32,000 nt of DNA. Source: Methanosphaera stadtmanae DSM 3091. Lineage in GTDB: Archaea; Methanobacteriota; Methanobacteria; Methanobacteriales; Methanobacteriaceae. Position 1 is the first letter of the stretch. Every line of letters starts with the position of its first letter. This document shows, in pieces, positions 27,665 through 32,000 of this stretch. Position numbers and translations under genes: made by a program. Where the stretch lies: the NCBI RefSeq assembly GCF_000012545.1, contig NC_007681.1:600001-632000 (forward strand), read 5' to 3'. Under the pieces are notes generated by a model. The model was not told the DNA's origin. It searched no databases and saw only the letters and a list, made by a program, of their open reading frames with translations.

Positions 27665-28985
27665 AAATAAGACAGAGAAAGAAGCAAGAGAAGAAATATT
27701 ACAGTTAGTAAGGGAATATGCTGATAAATATCATAAACCTGTAGAGTATCATAGGGGAGATAAGATTTCATATGCTTCTAGAGTATATGACTGTGAAGAA
27801 ATGGTGAATTTAGTGGATAGCTCCCTTGAATTCTGGTTAACATCAGGAAGATATACTGATTCTTTTGAAAAAAAATTAGCTAAATATCTTAATATCAAGT
27901 ATTGTTCATTTGTAAATTCAGGATCATCTGCTAATTTACTAGCTTTTATGGCATTAACATCCCCCCTTCTTGAAGATAGACAAATACTTCCTGGAGATGA
28001 AGTAATAACAGTAGCAGCAGGATTTCCAACAACTGTTGCTCCAATAATACAGTATGGTGCAGTACCAGTATTTATTGATGTTACAATTCCACAGTATAAT
28101 ATAGATGTTAATCAACTAGAAGATGCCTCATCTGATAAAACAAAAGCTTTAATAATAGCCCATACTCTTGGTAATCCATTTAATCTAGAATACATAACTA
28201 AGTTTTGTAAAGAACATGATTTATGGTTAATAGAAGATAATTGTGATGCATTGGGAAGTAAATATGTAATTGATAATGAAGAAAAATTCACTGGAACAAT
28301 AGGTGATATAGGTACAAGTAGTTTTTATCCACCACATCATATGACAACAGGGGAAGGTGGAGCAGTATATACTAATAATCCTCTACTTAACAGAATCATA
28401 CGTTCACTACGTGATTGGGGTAGAGATTGTCAGTGTAGTTCTGGAGAAGATAATTTTTGTGGTAATAGATTTACACAAAAATATGGTAAATTACCTGTAG
28501 GCTATGATCATAAATATGTTTACTCCCATTTTGGATATAATTTAAAGGCAACAGATATGCAAGCAGCAGTAGGTTGTGCACAGATAGATAAATTCCCATC
28601 TTTTGTTGAAAAAAGAAAGAAAAACTTCAACAGAATAAAAGATGGACTACAGGGTCTTGAAGATAAATTAATACTACCTGAAGCAGAACCAAATAGTGAT
28701 CCTTCATGGTTTGGTTTTTTAATTACAACAAAAGAAAATAATAGAAATAGAATAGTACAGTATTTAGAAGATAATAATATTCAAACAAGAATGTTATTTG
28801 CAGGAAATATTATTAAACATCCATGTTTTGATCAAATAAGAGATAGTAATAAGTACAGAGTAGTTGGAGACTTAGAAAATACTGATAAAATTATGAATAA
28901 TACATTTTGGATAGGTGTATATCCTGGTATGACTAATGAAAAAATTGATTATATGATTGAAAAAATAAGAGAAGCTGTTGAATAA
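27633..28985 (+). CDS. rfbH: CDP-6-deoxy-L-threo-D-glycero-4-hexulose-3-dehydrase (E1; RfbH/DdhC), PMP/[2Fe-2S]-type member of the DegT family
   Basis: 450 aa with a DegT-family fold. The usual PLP-lysine position reads SFYPPHHMTTGEGG (His235/His236, nt 28335-28340). A Cys motif C204-X61-C266-X-C268-X7-C276 is present (nt 28428-28460 for the last three). ATG 27633 overlaps rfbG by 32 nt. An internal SD-like AAAGGAGGA (27642-27650) is followed only by in-frame ATT/ATA, so the start is uncertain. Confidence 0.85.
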   Translation: MNIKGGIIIFKNKTEKEAREEILQLVREYADKYHKPVEYHRGDKISYASRVYDCEEMVNLVDSSLEFWLTSGRYTDSFEKKLAKYLNIKYCSFVNSGSSANLLAFMALTSPLLEDRQILPGDEVITVAAGFPTTVAPIIQYGAVPVFIDVTIPQYNIDVNQLEDASSDKTKALIIAHTLGNPFNLEYITKFCKEHDLWLIEDNCDALGSKYVIDNEEKFTGTIGDIGTSSFYPPHHMTTGEGGAVYTNNPLLNRIIRSLRDWGRDCQCSSGEDNFCGNRFTQKYGKLPVGYDHKYVYSHFGYNLKATDMQAAVGCAQIDKFPSFVEKRKKNFNRIKDGLQGLEDKLILPEAEPNSDPSWFGFLITTKENNRNRIVQYLEDNNIQTRMLFAGNIIKHPCFDQIRDSNKYRVVGDLENTDKIMNNTFWIGVYPGMTNEKIDYMIEKIREAVE

Positions 28986-29011
28986 TAAATTCATAAATTT
29001 AAGTGATTGTC

Positions 29012-29794
29012 ATGAACACTACAGAAGAAAAAATGGTTGAAATACTAAAAATACTAAAAAAAGACTATGGTGTAATAGCAGTAAAATCAGAGTTTGAAAC
29101 AGAAGGCTCTAGAAAAAATGAATTAACAAAATTACGTGATATTATTTCTAAAGCAGGACTCAAAATGTACATTAAAATTGGTGGATGTGAAGCTGTAAGA
29201 GATTTGGATGATTGTAAAATATTGGGTGCAGATGGTATAATGGCCCCAATGATTGAAACACCATTTGCAGCATCAAAATTTAGAAAAGCATTTAATAAAG
29301 TATTTCCATCTAAAGATGATGGAGTAATTGATAGAATAATAAATCTTGAAACAATAACAGCATATGAAAATATGGATAATATTTTTAGGGAAAATAGTGA
29401 TTTTCTAGATACTGTTGTTATAGGAAGAAGTGATTTTTCAAGTTCATGTTCCATTCCAAAGAGTGAAATTAATGGTCAGAAAATGTTTGAATATTGTAAA
29501 ACAATAATTGATAAATCAAATGATTATGGATTTAACTCAGCATTTGGTGGAACATTATCAGTAAATAGTATTGATTTTATAAAGAAATTAGAGGATTCAA
29601 TTGATAGAATAGAAACAAGAAAAATAGTATTTGATATTGAAAAACTTGATGGTAATTATGCTAATGCAATAGATACAGCAATAACATTTGAATATCTTTA
29701 TCTTAAAAATAAATTAAATTATTATCAATCAGTAGTAGATGAAGATAAGGCAAGATGTGACGAACTTAAAAATAGGGTAAATGTTGAATTATAG
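29012..29794 (+). CDS. Aldolase-like TIM-barrel protein (HpcH/HpaI / PEP-utilising-type; function unknown)
   Basis: This is a clear ORF; the track starts at GTG 29003 and the first ATG is 29012, preceded by AAGTGA. KIGGCEAVRDLDDCKILGADGIMAPMIETPFAASKF and TVVIGRSDFSSSCSI resemble the HpcH/HpaI aldolase/citrate-lyase-beta pattern. The family call is by eye, so functional confidence is low. Confidence 0.5.
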   Translation: MNTTEEKMVEILKILKKDYGVIAVKSEFETEGSRKNELTKLRDIISKAGLKMYIKIGGCEAVRDLDDCKILGADGIMAPMIETPFAASKFRKAFNKVFPSKDDGVIDRIINLETITAYENMDNIFRENSDFLDTVVIGRSDFSSSCSIPKSEINGQKMFEYCKTIIDKSNDYGFNSAFGGTLSVNSIDFIKKLEDSIDRIETRKIVFDIEKLDGNYANAIDTAITFEYLYLKNKLNYYQSVVDEDKARCDELKNRVNVEL

Positions 29795-29804
29795 ACGTGA
29801 TTAT

Positions 29805-30827
29805 ATGAGTAAAGTTATTACCTTTGGAGAAATAATGTTAAGATTATCACCACCAGGATATAATAGATTTATACAAGCAAATAGTTTTGATATTAATTAT
29901 GGTGGAAGTGAGGCAAATGTATCATTTTCTCTAGCAAATTATAATATTGAAACTGAATTTGTTACAAAACTTCCAGATAATGAAATGGGAAGAGCCACAT
30001 TTAATAAGCTTAGACAATATGGTGTAGGTATAAACCATATAGTTTATGGTGGAAGACGTTTAGGTATTTATTATATGGAAAAAGGTGCAAGTCAGAGACC
30101 TTCAAAGGTAATTTATGATAGGGCTTTTTCTTCAATATCTGAGGCAGAATCTTGTGATTTTGATTGGGAAACCATATTTGAAGATGCTTCATGGTTTCAT
30201 TTTTCAGGTATAACTCCTGCATTATCTGATAACTTGGCAGAAATTACATTAGAGGCATGTATTGTTGCAAAAAGTATGGGTATTACAATTAGTTGTGACT
30301 TAAATTATAGATCTAAATTATGGACACAAGAAAAAGCAAACAAAGTAATGACAAAACTCATTAAATATGTTGATGTTTGTATTGCAAATGAAGAAGATAT
30401 AGAAAAGGTATTTGATATTAAAGCTTCTGATTCTGATGTGGATAGGGGAATATTAAATTATGAATCATATAAGGAAGTTGCAAGAGAGATTCATGAAAGA
30501 TTTGGATGTAAATATATTGCATGTACTCTTAGAACATCCATATCAGCAAGTGATAATAAATGGACATCATTAATATACTATGGGAATAAATGTTATCAAT
30601 CTAAGGAGTATTCTATTCATATAACAGATAGGGTTGGTGGAGGAGATAGTTTTGTTGCAGGACTTATATATGGATTTATGAAAAATATGAACATTGATAA
30701 AACTATGGAATTTGCAACAGCAGCAAGTTGTCTTAAACAAACAATAGAAGGGGACTTCAATTTAGTTACAGAGGAAGAAGTTAATTTACTTGCAAATGGT
30801 AATGCTTCTGGACGAGTTCAACGATAA
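29805..30827 (+). CDS. PfkB-family sugar kinase, 2-dehydro-3-deoxygluconokinase (KdgK)-like
   Basis: KVITFGEIMLRLSPPGYNRFIQANSFDINYGGSEANVSFSLANY is a close match to the Firmicute KdgK N-terminus. The PfkB signature DRVGGGDSFVAGLIYG is present. I placed the start at ATG 29805; the ORF-track start 29781 overlaps the upstream gene. Confidence 0.8.
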   Translation: MSKVITFGEIMLRLSPPGYNRFIQANSFDINYGGSEANVSFSLANYNIETEFVTKLPDNEMGRATFNKLRQYGVGINHIVYGGRRLGIYYMEKGASQRPSKVIYDRAFSSISEAESCDFDWETIFEDASWFHFSGITPALSDNLAEITLEACIVAKSMGITISCDLNYRSKLWTQEKANKVMTKLIKYVDVCIANEEDIEKVFDIKASDSDVDRGILNYESYKEVAREIHERFGCKYIACTLRTSISASDNKWTSLIYYGNKCYQSKEYSIHITDRVGGGDSFVAGLIYGFMKNMNIDKTMEFATAASCLKQTIEGDFNLVTEEEVNLLANGNASGRVQR

Positions 30828-30862
30828 TACATAAAAATAATTTAATTCAAGGAGACAATATA

Positions 30863-32000
30863 ATGAAAATAAGAGTAGCAGATTATATAGCAGAATTTTT
30901 AGCTGAAAACAACATAGATACATTATTTACAGTTGTAGGTGGAGGTGCAATGCATCTTAATGATGGATTTGGTCATAATGAAGATATTAAATGTATCTAT
31001 AATCATCATGAACAAGCATGTGCAATAGCAGCAGAAGGTTATTATAGAATGTCAAATAAACTACCTGCTGTGTGTGTAACAACAGGACCTGGGGGAACAA
31101 ATGCACTAACTGGAGTACTTGGAGCATATCTTGATTCAATACCAATGCTTGTAATATCAGGACAAGTAAAATATGAAATGACAGTAGATAGTACAGGGCT
31201 AGATCTTAGACAACTAGGGGATCAAGAATGGAATATTGTCTCAACAGTAGATTCAATGACAAAATATGCACATATGATAAAAAATCCTAATGAAATAAAA
31301 TATGTTCTTCAAAAAGCATTATATCTTGCTACTTCTGGAAGACCAGGACCATGTTGGATAGATGTTCCATTAGATATTCAGGGAGCTATTATTGATACTG
31401 ATGATTTAATAGAATTTAATGAAGATGAATTGGATATAGATTTAGGTGTTAAAGTAACAAAAGATACAATTGAAAATGTTATTTCCAAACTTAAATCTGC
31501 TAAAAGACCAGTTATTTATGCTGGTAGTGCTATTAGAACAAATAATGCACATGATGAATTTTTAAAACTTGTAAATAAATTACAAATACCTGTTGTAAAT
31601 GCATGGAATGCTACAGATTCACTTGAATATGATAATAAATTAACAGTAGGTTGTGGTGGATCATTTGGAGATAGACCAGCAAACTTCGCTGTACAAAATA
31701 GTGATTTAATACTATCCTTAGGTTGTAGATTAAGTACTAGACAAGTTTCATTTGCATATGATAAATGGGCATATGATGCATATAAGATAATGGTGGAAAT
31801 TGATAAGGCTGAAATAGAAAAACCAACAATTAATATAGATATGCCAATACAATCAGATATTGGTGATTTCCTAGAAATATTTAATAAGGTACTTGATGAA
31901 GAGTATATGGGCTATGAATTTAATTACAATCAATGGGTAGATAAATGTAATGAGTGGAAAAATAAGTATCCTGTATGTGATAAATTAAAATACCAACAAA
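30863..32000 (+). CDS. Thiamine-diphosphate-dependent enzyme of the acetolactate-synthase superfamily, YerE-like (5' partial; continues beyond window)
   Basis: This frame is not in the ORF track because no stop is reached. I translated it by hand from ATG 30863, with AAGGAGA 8 nt upstream. It reads MKIRVADYIAEFLAENNIDTLFTVVGGGAMHLNDGFGHNEDIKCIYNHHEQACAIAAEGYYRMSNKLPAVCVTTGPGGTNALTGVLGAYLDSIPMLVISGQ... and stays open to 32000. That covers the Pyr domain plus the middle domain (RPVIYAGSAIR). Confidence 0.8.
   Translation, partial: MKIRVADYIAEFLAENNIDTLFTVVGGGAMHLNDGFGHNEDIKCIYNHHEQACAIAAEGYYRMSNKLPAVCVTTGPGGTNALTGVLGAYLDSIPMLVISGQVKYEMTVDSTGLDLRQLGDQEWNIVSTVDSMTKYAHMIKNPNEIKYVLQKALYLATSGRPGPCWIDVPLDIQGAIIDTDDLIEFNEDELDIDLGVKVTKDTIENVISKLKSAKRPVIYAGSAIRTNNAHDEFLKLVNKLQIPVVNAWNATDSLEYDNKLTVGCGGSFGDRPANFAVQNSDLILSLGCRLSTRQVSFAYDKWAYDAYKIMVEIDKAEIEKPTINIDMPIQSDIGDFLEIFNKVLDEEYMGYEFNYNQWVDKCNEWKNKYPVCDKLKYQQ

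Noticed and set aside
24096-30222. Shadow ORFs 24096..24353, 24758..25054, 26145..26372, 26566..26814, 29065..29454 and 30010..30222
   Set aside because: They are antisense to gshA, the flavin reductase, rfbF/rfbG, the aldolase-like gene and the kinase gene, with no independent support.
29003-32000. Phosphonate biosynthesis reading: the 29012 ORF as PEP mutase and the ThDP enzyme as phosphonopyruvate decarboxylase
   Set aside because: The TIM-barrel ORF lacks the PEP mutase/isocitrate-lyase-type motifs I know. The ThDP enzyme has a full three-domain ALS-like layout, including the middle domain, unlike the shorter phosphonopyruvate decarboxylases.
30863-32000. ThDP enzyme as the housekeeping acetolactate synthase large subunit (ilvB)
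   Set aside because: This is not fully excluded, but it is disfavoured. The N-terminal motif (TVVGGGAMHLNDGFG) deviates from the IlvB consensus, and the gene is SD-coupled into a nucleotide-sugar cluster. It needs a phylogeny and the downstream sequence to settle.

Overview
This is a very AT-rich archaeal chromosome segment. Its gene content points to a Methanobacteriales methanogen, most like Methanosphaera or Methanobrevibacter. That assignment is an inference from an HMf-type archaeal histone, archaeosine tRNA-guanine transglycosylase, archaeal-type PheRS beta subunit, an archaeal 7S (SRP) RNA directly followed by tRNA-Ser, and class III signal-peptide pilin-like genes. I support 32 CDS (one truncated by the window end), one SRP RNA and one tRNA-Ser(GCU). 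Positions 1-22.3 kb are mostly housekeeping genes: a RecJ-like DHH nuclease, aminotransferase, B12-like radical SAM, MarR+MATE, archaeal PPAT, a GT-B glycosyltransferase, an MBL hydrolase, NFACT/Rqc2-like protein, histone, CDF transporter, ArcTGT, PyrI, YjbQ, an AKR/Fe-S oxidoreductase and PheT. Positions 22.5-32 kb look accessory and bacterial in flavour. They hold an HTH regulator with a Cys-rich tail next to a stand-alone glutamate-cysteine ligase, two tandem flavin-reductase-like paralogues, and a nucleotide-sugar cluster. That cluster carries rfbF-rfbG-rfbH (the CDP-3,6-dideoxyhexose route; the E1 dehydrase signature is visible in the sequence), then an aldolase-like TIM-barrel protein, a KdgK-like PfkB kinase and a YerE-like ThDP enzyme that runs off the window. 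This unusual extension of a CDP-dideoxyhexose cassette in a methanogen is the best candidate for an undescribed pathway, possibly a branched-chain or otherwise modified deoxysugar. I saw no CRISPR array, transposase, integrase or recognisable defence system. Several ORF-track starts sit on top of Shine-Dalgarno-like sequences, so I moved them to the downstream ATG. All homology calls come from motif recognition by eye; no database search was run.
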